This document shows positions 51,538-64,000 of a stretch of DNA of 64,000 bases, piece after piece. Every line of letters begins with the position of its first letter. The first letter of the stretch is position 1. The notes beneath the pieces were generated by a model. It ran no database searches. It was not told where the DNA came from and saw only the letters and a program-made list of their open reading frames with translations. The translations under genes were made by a program, and so were the position numbers. The DNA is taken from the NCBI GenBank assembly GCA_002633005.1, contig NMRA01000285.1, positions 233,505 to 297,504 on the forward strand. The letters are read 5' to 3'. This DNA comes from Phoronis australis. Its lineage: Eukaryota; Animalia; Phoronida.

Positions 51538-54500
51538 ATGGTGTTTTACTTTCTCAGTGCAGGTAGGCACAAAGAACGCGTTGTGGATATGTTATACTAA
51601 CCTGTGGTACAAGCCCTTGAATCTGTGTTCTTCGTGCCCACCAGTGAGCACCAACACAGCGCTTTGTAAAACATAAGAAAGAGAGTCCTCGTGCAGACTC
51701 GGTCATTGTCATTGTCATTGCTATTGGCAGTGCCATTGGCAGTTAAACACGGTAGTGAGTCATTCGACTGAGGTATTCTGGTGTGGCCTGTGTTATCGCA
51801 GATTTTACTTAAAGAAATAACAAAAAAATATTTGCAACTATAACTGTAGTGAACTCCCCCGAGCTGGTATTACAGGGCACGAGTACTTACCTAGCTATGT
51901 TCCATCAGGAGATTCCTCATGTCCACATGAAGTACTGAAGCACCAGGCAACTCCACTGAACCACGCCTTTCGAAACTTCTCCGACAGACCTTGTCAAACT
52001 GGACTCTCCAAGACCACAAAATTTACACTATTTTCACTAAATGTTCCTTTTACCAACTCCTCAGCAATGACAGTGTTTACTCGAAAGTTCGCAATAATAC
52101 AGTGTAATGAAACAGCAATAACACCAGGTTGAAATCTCCTATCTCAAGATGCACGACTTTACAGCCGTGCAACCAGAACGAAAGAGACTCATCACGAGGG
52201 TCCAGCGGACAACGCGAATATCACCAGCAGGCCCTGATTGGCCAAAACAATAGATAAAGAGGGGTTCATGTAACAACCAATTGGGTAATCCTAACAAAGA
52301 TCACATACCTGTCAGTTTCATTGTTCACAACAACTGTGTAACCCATTGACAGATCAAAGTCATGTTGACAACTTAGTAGCAGACCGTTGATGTCTTTAAT
52401 TCTTCCTAGCTCAAACAAATACTCCCGCAATCAAACTTTTTTTCAAGAAGTCCTTCGTTCAGTTGGCAACTGAACGTTTTTACATTTCTTAGCCAAGGGA
52501 CATAAGGTCATATCTCCTGACAGTTATGATGTATATGCAAACCCATTAAGGTGCTTTCCACTTGATCCCAACTTGTTCAATTTTATAGCCCAAGTTGGGA
52601 AGATGATGACTAGCCAATTATTGGCTAAATCACAATCAAGGTCCATATTCAAGAGTTGACAGTGTTACTGTCTAAAATAAATTTTTTGTCACTTACCAAA
52701 TGCCAACTGAATCTCGTATGCAAAGAGTTATTCAGTTGTGCAAATTAAAAAAAGAATCATCAAAATCGGACAATGTTTGAGAAATTTATGCATATTTTTG
52801 TCTATGAATTTCATGCATTTTAGCGTTACGAGTGGCCATTTTAAAATAACAGTTTTCAACTGTCACGAGTAGAAAAGAAATTTATTTTATCAAGCAAGCA
52901 AATGTTTAGATATGACTGGGAATAACTTGAGTCACTTTCAGAGTCAATTATATGAAGTTGTGCTTAATCATTGAGAAATGGTAGGGTTCATCATAAAACA
53001 GGCACTCGTTACGAAATTTGTAAATTCTGTGTTTCTAACCCTCACCTACTGTAAAGAAGGTTAAAAACTAAAGTTCACACTCTGTAATGAAAGGAACTGC
53101 AAAATATGTCAGCCTAGGCAACACAGCAAATTATTCAATATCTAAACAAACCAAAAGTTTGCATATTGAATGGGTTCTGCTATGTTGAAAATGGGCCAAA
53201 AAGGCTAACAAAATGTAGTGTACGTACCCCCATGAGGAATTCAGTAACACAAATTGTCATTGCAAATGAAACCACTGCCTTTTAAATATTATGGTGCTTA
53301 TTATCACCAAAGAAAAATAAATGGTCCTACAACATTATGTTACCATGTGATGCAGAAACAGTGATGTAGTGTACGACCCGCTTTTGTAGTGTACGTAACC
53401 CCATGTTTACAAATGCCATGAAATTAAAATGTCACTTGGTAAGTGAGCAACATTGGTCATAGACAGTTTCCTTCCTTAAAAATGTTAGATTAAAAGAGTG
53501 TTTATTGCCAATACATTTGTTTTGAGTGAAATATTAGCATTTGTGTAGTGTACGTACCTCCCCATATTTTAATTTGAGCCTATTTTCAAAGTATGGCAGA
53601 TATGCACATGAATGCTGTGCTTTTTATTTTTTCTTTTTGAATTGATTTAGTAAATCAACTAACTCTCAGTAGATTCTTAGTATTTAGTTACAAACCTGAC
53701 ATGTCATTGAAATGTAGTGTACGTACCCGTGTGTAATGTACGTACCCCCATGTGAATAAATACCATGAAACAAGAATATTACACGGTAAGTAAGCAACAC
53801 TTGTCACAGACAGTTTCCTCAATTGAAAATGATAGGTTAATTGGGTGTTAATTACAAATACATTTGTTTTGAGTGAAATATTAGCATTTGTGTAGTGTAC
53901 GTACCCCTATATTCTAACATGTCCATGTTTTCAAAGAATGACAGACAGATATGCACATGACTGTATGCTGTACTTTTTATTTGTTCTCTTTGAACATTGG
54001 TAAATGAACTAACTCTCAGTAGATTTTAATTATTTTTATAAACCTGAAAGGTCATTGAAATGTAGTGTACGTACCTCTGTGTAGTGTACGTACCTTCAAC
54101 CTCTCTACTATACAGTATTACCCACAAGAATTTTACATACTGCTGTTCTCATGAACAATACTGATATTTCCAAAATGAATACAGTCTGACAAAAAAACCA
54201 ATGGACATTATCAAATTTTTGGACAATAAAATGACACACAGGACTTGGCTAGTACTGAGAAAATCCTAGAAAACACGTCATGTGACAACTGATGTTGCAG
54301 AGGCAGATTCTCTATCTCCCAAGACAACTTCAACTTGTAACAAACCAACAAGTAGAGGCAGCACGAAACTCAAGACCATTCCATACATTTGGAACTTGAT
54401 TGACTGTGTGTAGTGTACGTACCNCCAGTACCATTTTTTACTGTTTACAAGTTGAACAAAGGTCCTAGCATTGCTTTAACTATTTTAAACAACTGGTGAA

Positions 54501-57500
54501 TTTATTGAAAACTAGGCAAATAGCACCAATAAAGTTTTTGAAAAAAGTAGTTACTTGTCATTTTCTTTTTGTAAGAATCATATCGCAAGAGAAGAAGTTC
54601 TTATTATACCGTGTTAACATAAGCAATGTAATGGTCATCTAGAACAATTTGATCAGCATGGTAACAACTTTCCTTACTTTAGTATGTGATACTTCTTCAA
54701 TTTGATCGAGAACTTATTAAATTAACAGCTACCTTATGGATTTTTGCATGATAGAAGTGGGCTGTGACCACAAGTTGTAGTGTACGTACCCTTTTGTACA
54801 GATGTGATGCATTAGGACATAAAATTTTATTTGGTGGTTCTTGTCCAAAAATATTTTAGATTACAAACCTGGAATGATGGTACTTTATAATAACCCAGCT
54901 TTTACAGTTATATGACAACCTTCATTTTTCACCAAAAGTGGCCACCAAATATGGACCTTGATTGTGATTTGCCCGAATATCTTACACGACTCCATTCTGG
55001 CATTTATGGTTGGAGGGGGATCTCTATTTTGTTCGATAATTGCTCTAATCTCCAATATTATCTATCCTGACTGGGCTGTGCTGTTTAAAACAAAAATTAA
55101 GTTATAGCATATTTGAACCTAAACTAATAGCATTCCTGAATTTCTCGTCAAATGCTGATCATGTTTAGTTTTTGAATCGCCAAAATCCCCCAACTACAAT
55201 CGAAGTTACAACAATCTACAAATTTTTTCCGAACCCTCTGGGTTCTCACGTAGTCTGTAATAAGACTGGTAGATAATTAGCCTGCCTGTTGTCATACCAG
55301 ACAAAATACTGTGCTGGGCAGTTCACAAAGGAGCTCTAAGTCACTGAATGGGAGAACACCGTCATGCAATACTTAATGTCAGGGTTGTTAGTTAGGTATC
55401 ACTCTAATTAATGCACCTTAAGGCAAACAAAAATGTCTTGAAATAATGATTATTACCATTTCTTGAGTAAAACCAGGCCGTCAAAAGGTAGTACTCGTTG
55501 TTTCAATACAATGTAGCAATGCTGGGTTTGAGCGTTGCTTCCAATACAAAATGTATATTACCAATATATTTAATGTCATGTAAAAGGTTTTGAGAATCAT
55601 AACTGTGCAAATACTAATGTCCATAATGAAGTAAATAACTACCTAAGTAGGAAGAATAACTATTCACAAGTCTCTTAATATCCCTTACTTTGGGGACCGA
55701 ATATCGGCCCATTCCCTTCTGAAAGAATATTGGAAAATCACACAAAATTCCCCTCATGATGCCCAAAAATTTCCCTCAAGTGATTGAAAAGTTCCCCTCA
55801 AGATTTGAATCTCTTGTAACTCACACAGGTGACAATTTGAAAGAGCACAAAATGGTATTTTTAACTACTCGAGGCAGAGCCTATGAGGGCTTGCAACAGG
55901 GTGGGTGTAGCATTTTCACCGCATCCTGAAATATTCCCCTCTCAGAAGGCACAGGCACCTTTCCCTTGGATGAATGCCCTGATTCACAAGGTTCTTTAGT
56001 GGAACGTGTAATTTCTGGTCAAAGTTCATGCTACTACAAGTCACTCAACTGGAACTGTACTTTTTTGTGCTGTTATATTCCAAGTCTAAGAGTAAAACTT
56101 GCAATAGATATTTGGATATAATGTCTGGTTGATATTTAATGAGCTGGAATGTTTTTTAATGCTTAATCCTAGTATACAGCTTTTATTGTGCTCACTTCTT
56201 TCTTTTGTATTTATTTTCATCAAAGCTAATGTTGGATGAAAGATCTGCAGTATTCAGTGTCCGGTTGCATGAAACAGTCCCAAATAGGGACTCAACTAAG
56301 GTCCCTAAGTCTTTTTGCATATTTGTCTTTTTATGGAGTCACAGATCCAACATTTTTCTATCATTTCATTTTGATTTTGAGCTCCTATTTGATTAATGAC
56401 ATTTCCTAATAATATAACTAAAAACTGAGCCCAGGGTTCATTGAAAATAAAGAGGGACTCGGTCCTTAAATTGGGGGTGTTGCATGAAAAGATCCCTAAT
56501 TGTTTTCGATAATATTGACAATTCAACGTAGAGTTTACTCTCGATTTGTATCAAAGTCAAAACTTGACTTAGTAATGAAACTAAAACAACACAAGAAAGG
56601 GCAATCGATGTTTTCACAAGTCCAAAAATATGCAGTAGATTTAGGGAACTTAGTTGAGTCCCTATTTGGGACTGTTTCATGCAACTGGGCACAGTAGCCT
56701 TACCAATAAGATCTGCAGTATTCAGTAGCCTTACCAATAAGGTCTGCAGTATTCAGTAGCCTTACCAATAAGGTCTGCAGTATTCAGTAGCCTTACCAAT
56801 AAGGTCTGCAGTATTCAGTTGCCTTACCAATAAGGTCTGCAGTATTCAGTTGCCTTACCAATACGTCTGTGTGATACTTTTTTCATGTGTATGCCCCTCA
56901 TATATTTTGTATAAGATGTGAATTAAAATCTTGTTTACTTTCAGTTGTAAGTCCCCCATATACACTATACATGGGGTTGGATAAACATGAAAGTAAGTTG
57001 CTTGGAATACTCATAGTTTGCTCATTAAAAGGTTTGATATTTATTTAATATGTGATACCAACACATTTTACATCTTTTAGAAACAGTGATTATTTCATTT
57101 AAAATGCCTTTTAGTCAGGATTTTTGTGCTACCAGCCTATTCTAAATGATTAATATGTTCATTGGTTTTAAGTAACAACAGTGCTTAAAACTTATAGTTG
57201 ATTCACTTATTAAAGTCTTCTTTTCACTAACGTCATGCAAGCATTTGAATCAAGTATATTTGTATCACATCTTCAGATTTACAATCTTGACCTTTGAACT
57301 TGCAGATGAAGATTTGATTAAGTGGGCATTTCCGGAAGATGTTTGGTAAGTGAAAAGTGAAACTTCAAAGCTTCCAACATCACATTTTTTAGAATTATAG
57401 AATATTTGCAAACATAGGTTTCACAGGCAATTTCTCATGTCTTCTTTAATATTTATAAAATTTACAAGTTCCATAGAGTTGTGTGAGGTGTCCTTTTTAT

Positions 57501-60500
57501 TTCCTTCACTTAAAATGCACAGTGTGTGTTGTAAAATGACCGAATACTGCAACATTAAAGCAATAGTAATATTGCCTTGATTTTTACTAACTTGTGTTGT
57601 CTGCTGCAGGGATACATTAAAAAGAACATCAAGTACAAAATATTGGTATCTCAAATTTTACGTTCTTTCAACAGGTTTCATGTTGACAACTTGTCCTCTG
57701 CTCATGTCTACCTGAGACTAAGACCAGTAAGTGCAGTTAATGAATATTTCAGCAGTGTTTTAAAATTGCCAAGTTGTTTTGTTTTTGCAAATGTCTGTAA
57801 ATAAACTATTATTAGAAATTAAATAGAAGTTTGTGAAACAGTTACATGCTCACATATACGATATGAAAAAACAGCAAATTAACTAAAATAATAGCTAAAT
57901 GAACATGAACTTTGACCCAAGTATGATAGTAGCAGAGCATTATCATTCTACTTAGTGCACCAGTTAATGCGCATTAATGCATCTACTTCTTTGTTAGTAT
58001 AGTGGGTACTGAATTTGTTGAATATAGTGGGTACTGTATAACTGTCATGTAGTAAAATGTAATATTTTATTATTTGTAGCCGGCCTTTAAACAGGGAAAA
58101 CTACACTTTTGGAAATTGTGTTTTACGAATTACTTTGGTATTGTCCGATATTTAGAAATATGTAGTGCCTCTTATTCATACTGACTGAGTGTAAAGTTAT
58201 TGCTGCTATACAACCAAGTAATACCCATTGGTGCATACACACTACTCAACGTCTCAGGGTCGTTTTTACAGTGCATTTAAGATTTAGGCCTCAACTGGAC
58301 ATTAGCACTAGACATTTTCTTCTAAGTTTGTGACTTACTCGCATAAAAGTAGAATTTCAATGGCCGACTTTCAACTCACTAGGTGGCACTAGTAAGACAA
58401 CAATCTTACTGGCAGAAATCCATGCATTCTGGTTGTCAAGTGACATCATCAGCCCACATATGCCCTGCATGCTCATGAACTACTTTCTTCTCTGAATGTA
58501 TTGGAGTTTGGAGTTTTAAAAGAGAAGTCTTTATTCATTAGCACTATCTGGTGCCTATTATGTCTCCAATTGTTGAAGAATGTGGTGTTTGTTTGTCAGT
58601 GATTCTCTGGAGGGTCTATTAGTAACTTTCAATTTCTCAAGGAAGAGGTCGCTGTATCCTTTTCGGCAACACCTCAGAGTTCACTCTGTTGTTATGTTCA
58701 TCAATACTTTCTATGTTGTAGAATGAGACTCTTGATGACATCCCGCAGTCAGTGTTGGAGGACTGCGCACAGTTAGTTAAAGCTAACAGTATACAAGGTA
58801 GGTTAATATCGTACCACTACAGGGTGTAGATGTGAATGGCTACAACAGCATTAATTTTGCTCTTTGTGAGGTAATAGATATAACGTGCCCGCAATTTGAG
58901 AACCAGTCTTCTGCATTGTATAACGGGAATCAAACTGGCTCTCAAAATGTGGGCATGTTATATCTGACTATTCCCCTTTGTGACATACAATGGACATGTA
59001 CTATCAGGACATTACATCAGCTCTTTGTTTATGAACAACATGACTTGGGTAATTGAGCGATTATGTAATTACCTTTTAGTATGATTTTCTGTTTTTAGAC
59101 TCCACAATTTGGTGAATGAGTGTAATTCATGTGTTGGACATCTTTATAGTTATGACCTGTATGACAACTTGATCCTTTTGTTGTCTCTGACAATGCAAAA
59201 GGAGTTTGAATTGAATCACCCGAGGGAGAATAGTTGATTGTTTGCTCTTTGATATCTTCTAAAGTTAGTCAAAGATATTTACCCAGATGGCATGGTCTCT
59301 AAGTATTGGTGTGCAAGTCACCAGCACTAGTCTGAAGCTGTCTTGGTTATTCGATTTCGTCAAGTTTGTTGCTCTGTTGTGAAGATTTTTTATTCTTTCG
59401 TTTGTATGCCCAATACAAGTTGTATTTCCTGTCCAATCAAAGAGAGTTACACACACATAACTCGTGAGAAGCTCAAGCCCTGTTGATTTTGGTTGAAACT
59501 GGACACAATTTGGCTCTGTGATGGCCATTTGTGATGGCCACTTTACGAATTTTTAGTGGCATCAAGTTTGTCATCATTTTGTGATGATGCCAGTGTTGAC
59601 GATGATGACGTTGCAACCTTTGACCTTTTTGGTTTTATGGGCGTTGTTGGGTGGTGTGATTGTTACCAGTGGTATTGGTATTGTTAGCATGGTCAGTTTT
59701 GCCAGTCATTTCCTTGTCAATGACGTCAATATTTGCTTCTTCGTGATTGTTGTTGGTGAGTCAGCGTTGTCTTCAGCGCTGGAGGTGACATTGTCGTCTT
59801 CTCAAATGTTGTTGTCGGTGTTGCATGCAGTGTTGCCAGTGGTGTTGATAGTGAGGTTGGGGAATAGGTAGCCTTTGAGGTCATCTTTTACCTCGTCTTG
59901 GGTGTCGTGGGCCTTGTCGTCTTAGATATCATACACATTGTCATTGGTGTTTTAGTTGTTGTCGTCATTGTTGTCTTCCTCGCCGTCCTCGCATTTTCCC
60001 ATGATTTCGCCAAGTGTTTCTCTTCCTAGCACTTTCAATTTGTTTTGTTATTTATGTTGAGTATGTGATATTTTGTAGGAAGCAAGACAAATAACCTTAA
60101 TGTGGTCTACACATTAGCTTCAAACCTAAAGAAAACAGCATCTATGGACGTTGGACAAGTGGGCTTTCACAGGCAGAAAGAGGTGTTAAAATCTGGTTTC
60201 ACTTGAATATCAACCTCTGTGATATTGTCAACACTTTTCTGATAATATTTTATAGTAATATCAGCTTCTGTGATATTGTTATAGAAATCTAGCAGCCCAT
60301 GATAATTAGATGATGGACATCATTTAAAGATTATGTGCTTTTTCCAGAAGTATGAAATAAATTTCTTCACATCAACCACAAATTATGGTGTTGACAGCAA
60401 TATCAACTTCTGATACTGTTATAGCATTGACAGCAATATCAACTGCAACTGATATAATATTATATTGTTGACAGCAATATCAACTTCTGATACTGTTATA

Positions 60501-62627
60501 GTGTTGACAGCAATATCAACTGCAATTGTTGCTGTTCTTGGTAATATCAGCTTCTATATGACATGCAGCGTAACATCAGCTGCTGAGTGTGATATTGTTT
60601 GTAGATGATTCCAGGATACTGTTTGCTATATCACAATGATTTTGGTATTGTCTTCGCACGTTTGAGAAATTACTCTTGTTGCTTTCTTAGAAGTATCGTG
60701 TAGGACACTATAAAGTGTCTATGAACTCTATTTTCCATTTTCTGGCTTGTAGACTGTGGTAAATGGCAAGGTTTTTGCTAAACAAGAACATAATCAGTAA
60801 TCTAGCAGAGTCAAAAACAAGTTTAGTAAGGATCAAGTCCTTTGACCTCTGTATATGGCCACGTTCTACAACCAGTTCAGCCCTACTTGGCAAATTCACT
60901 TACTGGACATGGCATTTGATGATGTGTGGAGACTTTTGGATTTCATGTCTACTATGGACCTTATGATTCATCTACGTGAATATCTAGATGCAAAAAATAT
61001 GAATCGCAAACCGGGGAAGGAGCCAAGCAGCCTGGCAACGTCGGGGAAGTTTATTTTGCAGTAAACTCCAGAAGTTGTGATGTGTAATTTTTTCGCATCT
61101 TGTAAATGGTCATTCCTTGCAATATTTACAGGTGAGGACGATACACGTGGAGAAAAAAGTCAATGAAATAGTGAATAGGTTAAACAAAACAAAAGAAGAG
61201 AAGTTTCCTAACCTGCAGGCTGAGCGTGAAGAACGAGACACTCAGGAAAGAAATGATCAGAAGAGGAAGATGAGAGAGCAGAAACAGTTGGAGAAGGAGG
61301 AAGAGAGGAGAAGGAAGGAGGAGGCAGAGAGAAGGTGAGTCCATTGTGAGGGGAGAGAGGTAGTGAACGGAGGTCAGGTCCACTATTATCAGGCCTGGAC
61401 TGTGGTTAGAAAGTGATACAGTGAGGTGCATTGTTAGGGGAGATAGTTTGGGGAGGAATTTGGGTCCGCTGCGCTATTAGGCGTGGAATGTAGTAGGAAT
61501 TGATAGAAAGAAAGGATAGAGCGGCGATGGAGTCTAGTGGCAGGAAATCAGTTTCTCTATGAGGTCTGTGGTGTGGCAGAAAGTGATACTGTTTGGTGGA
61601 TTGTGCGGGGAGAGAGTGGTGTGGTGAAGAAAAGTTAAAGTGGTAGGGAGAAAAAAGGGCACAAATGTTGTGACAGGTAACTTGCAGTCTTCATATTTAT
61701 GAACTACAAATTTTGAAGGACATAATGTAATGTGTTATCTCGATGTGCATTGGATGAAATATTCAGTATATAAATATTTCATTGTAGGAGTTATGCATCC
61801 TTAATGAGCCAGGATAAAATGTCTTCAAACCAGGTAAGGTAAAATTCTAATGATGTACAAAACAAAATCAATTGTTAATATGTTTATTTGTGTTCTACGC
61901 GAGAACTGCTATTCAAACAGGAATGTGCATACCTGTTTCGGGACATATGTCAAACATGAATTATATGTCTTGAAACACAGAGCAAACCAGCTGTAAAAAA
62001 CAGTTCATAATTCCATCAATTACTGTTGGCCAAAGACAAAGTCCTATTCAGATTGGCTCACAAATTTTACACCACTCTAACGGTGGCTGAAAAATCACAT
62101 TGACATACATACTGTACAACACTGCTTTGTTTTCGTAGCCCATCTTTGTTATTTTGTTATGTTATGATATATACCTGTTTTATTTCCACACCAGTGGATC
62201 AGACCCTGTGTGCTGGCGTACTGTCTGATTACATCTTCCTGTGAAAGTTTGCCCTTGAGCCCTCACAATCTCAGTATGTTCAGGAAGGGCAAACAAACAA
62301 CTGGAGAATAAAAAAATTATCACCTTCCCTAATTAATAAAAATGCATTCATTTTTGTCTAGACTTATTCTTTTTGATCTTTATGAATTTTAATCCAGTAA
62401 CCTTTATCTTAAGTCAATAAGCACTATTGTCATTTTGGAGTGTGAGTTCATTTTTGGGACATCCCCATGTGCCTGGTGTCAACCTTTCTTGTCAAAATCC
62501 ATTCTTAGTGCTCTGGAAACAAAACTTTGCAAGAGTTTAGGTGACCTGTGTAAGGATTTGAGGATAGTTTTGCGATGTTGACTTTATTTTTCAGGATAGC
62601 GGGAATGAATCTGATGATTTCATATGA
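51538..62627 (+). CDS. CCDC25: Coiled-coil domain-containing protein 25 (NFACT-R domain), 208 aa
   Basis: Exons 51538-51562, 56945-56992, 57306-57345, 57675-57726, 58722-58797, 60079-60182, 61132-61334, 61788-61833, 62595-62627 (627 nt). [78 protein letters not shown]. Confidence 0.96.
52623..54974. mobile_element. About 2.35-kb non-autonomous TIR DNA transposon with internal GTAGTGTACGTACC repeats
   Basis: TIR core AAATCACAATCAAGGTCCATATT (52627) / AATATGGACCTTGATTGTGATTT (54948-54970); internal 347-bp tandem duplication; n at 54424. Confidence 0.75.
56258..56691. mobile_element. PIF/Harbinger-like MITE
   Basis: About 65-bp TIR TGTCCGGTTGCATGAAACAGTCCCAAATAGGGACTCAACTAAG; 3-bp CAG target duplication on both sides. 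Confidence 0.8.
56692..56862 (+). repeat. 31-bp minisatellite, about 5.5 units
   Basis: CAGTAGCCTTACCAATAAGGTCTGCAGTATT repeated. Confidence 0.92.
58878..58964. repeat. Palindromic repeat, homologue of 9088-9171
   Basis: ATATAACGTGCCCGCAATTTGAGAACCAGT ... ACTGGCTCTCAAAATGTGGGCATGTTATAT. Confidence 0.6.
60388..60530 (+). repeat. Degenerate 36-38-bp tandem repeat
   Basis: TTGACAGCAATATCAACT.. four times in CCDC25 intron 6. Confidence 0.75.
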
Positions 62628-64000
62628 ACGTTGGATTAGTGAAAGACATTGTGAGTCAGTCAAGAACATTGAGGATTTAAAGAAAGGCAATTTGGATTAA
62701 TGAGTGGCATTGTGTATTAGGGAATGATGCTGTGGATTGTTATACAAAATTGGATCAATACCATGGATGACATTGCTCTTCCTCGGTCCATCGGTTTTGT
62801 TATATTACCAATGATGCTTTTTTCCTCCGATTTCTTTGTCTTTATTTGAACAGTGACCTCTGTTGTCTGGGTAACTTAATTGATGAAAAGTGGTGTGGTG
62901 TTACTTGGCTATCTGGTCTACAGCACCTCATAACTTATGTTATGTTGAAGCAATCCAAGGACAGAAGTATCACTGGTCATGTAATAAATGTGTCAGCACA
63001 TTGTTCATCTATTTCATATCATGTCTACTGTGGGGCGCTTCTTAACATGCCCAATTTAATGCCACTGCGCCCATTCAAAATAACAGGAATACTGGTGCTC
63101 AACAAGGCCAGATCATAATTGTTTTTACCATTATTTTGGGATGTGTTTGCATTTCCATGACGACTATTGTTTCATTTTGATTTCGCATCTGTCTGATGAA
63201 AATTACCAGGTTTCTGGTATAATTATTGTGCTATGCCTTTGGGGAAGAGTTCTTAGAAGATATTCCTTGACTTAATCATGATTATTTCAGAAAAAGCAAG
63301 CAAGTTAAAGTACCTTGAATTACAAGGTCACTTTGTCTAACAGTGACAATATTTTCTCAGACATCAAGTTTTAAAATAAATATTGCTACCAATATGAAGT
63401 CTCTTTATATGACTCAATTGACCTGTTCATGTCAGTTTCTGCGATTTTTTTTACAGAATCAATCCTTCTTGAAATTTTCTAAACAAGATGTTTCTGTGGT
63501 TAAACTAAGGTAATAATTATGCAGTTTTGACATTCATGCAATAACTTTTCAAGATTATGCAACAGAATCTACAAAATGGGTGCTTGCATGGCTCGAAAGA
63601 TGTTTTGTCTTGTTCTTTTTATAATCAGCCAGCCTTGTAACGAGGTCACGGTCTTGAAAGCGATTTTGGATGGAGATTACACTGTGAAAAATGCTAATAT
63701 TTTTATGTGTTCTTATCCCTTTTTATCCAAAAGTTGAAATGTTAAAATCTGAATCTCAGGCTGTCCTAAACATGAATCAGTGGAATTTCGAATCCATAAA
63801 CACAGTGTCAAATGGCATGTTGTCTCACTTTCAATTGCACAAAATGATAAATTTTATTTAAACCTATTCCATTAAACGATACAACAGTTGCTTTTTCTTG
63901 CTATAGACACTAAACGAATATGTAAAGCTTAAACCTGCGTAGATCGGTCTGGGTAGAAATCTTTTCAGACTCGTGTACATTATGTCCTGATGTTGCCAAC

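Noticed and set aside
53200-54800. CRISPR-like GTAGTGTACGTACC repeats
   Set aside because: Irregular, duplicated spacers inside a TIR element.
58375-58390. Isolated CTCF-like CACTAGGTGGCAC
   Set aside because: A single imperfect match could be chance; it cannot be supported without binding data.

Overview
AT-rich, intron-rich animal genomic DNA (invertebrate; lophotrochozoan is an inference), not prokaryotic. I reconstructed five protein-coding genes by hand from splice signals: an unrecognised single-exon 342-aa protein made of about 19 W-x-F repeats with 14-residue period (740-1768, +); MRGBP/Eaf7 (4 exons, -) head-to-head with DDX43 (KH + DEAD-box helicase, 21 exons, +); and ESCO2-like cohesin acetyltransferase (-) head-to-head with CCDC25 (9 exons, +), the same divergent pair as in human. 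Introns are full of non-autonomous DNA elements. One Helentron/HINE-type family (5 copies) carries internal tandem repeats with a CTCF-consensus motif about every 150 bp, all in one orientation. A long-TIR foldback family occurs only in promoter-proximal first introns. Kolobok-, hAT- and Harbinger-like MITEs, tRNA-derived SINEs and a Gypsy gag relic are also present. Three single-n gaps lie at 14044, 23961 and 54424. No database search was possible, so all family calls rest on recalled motifs.
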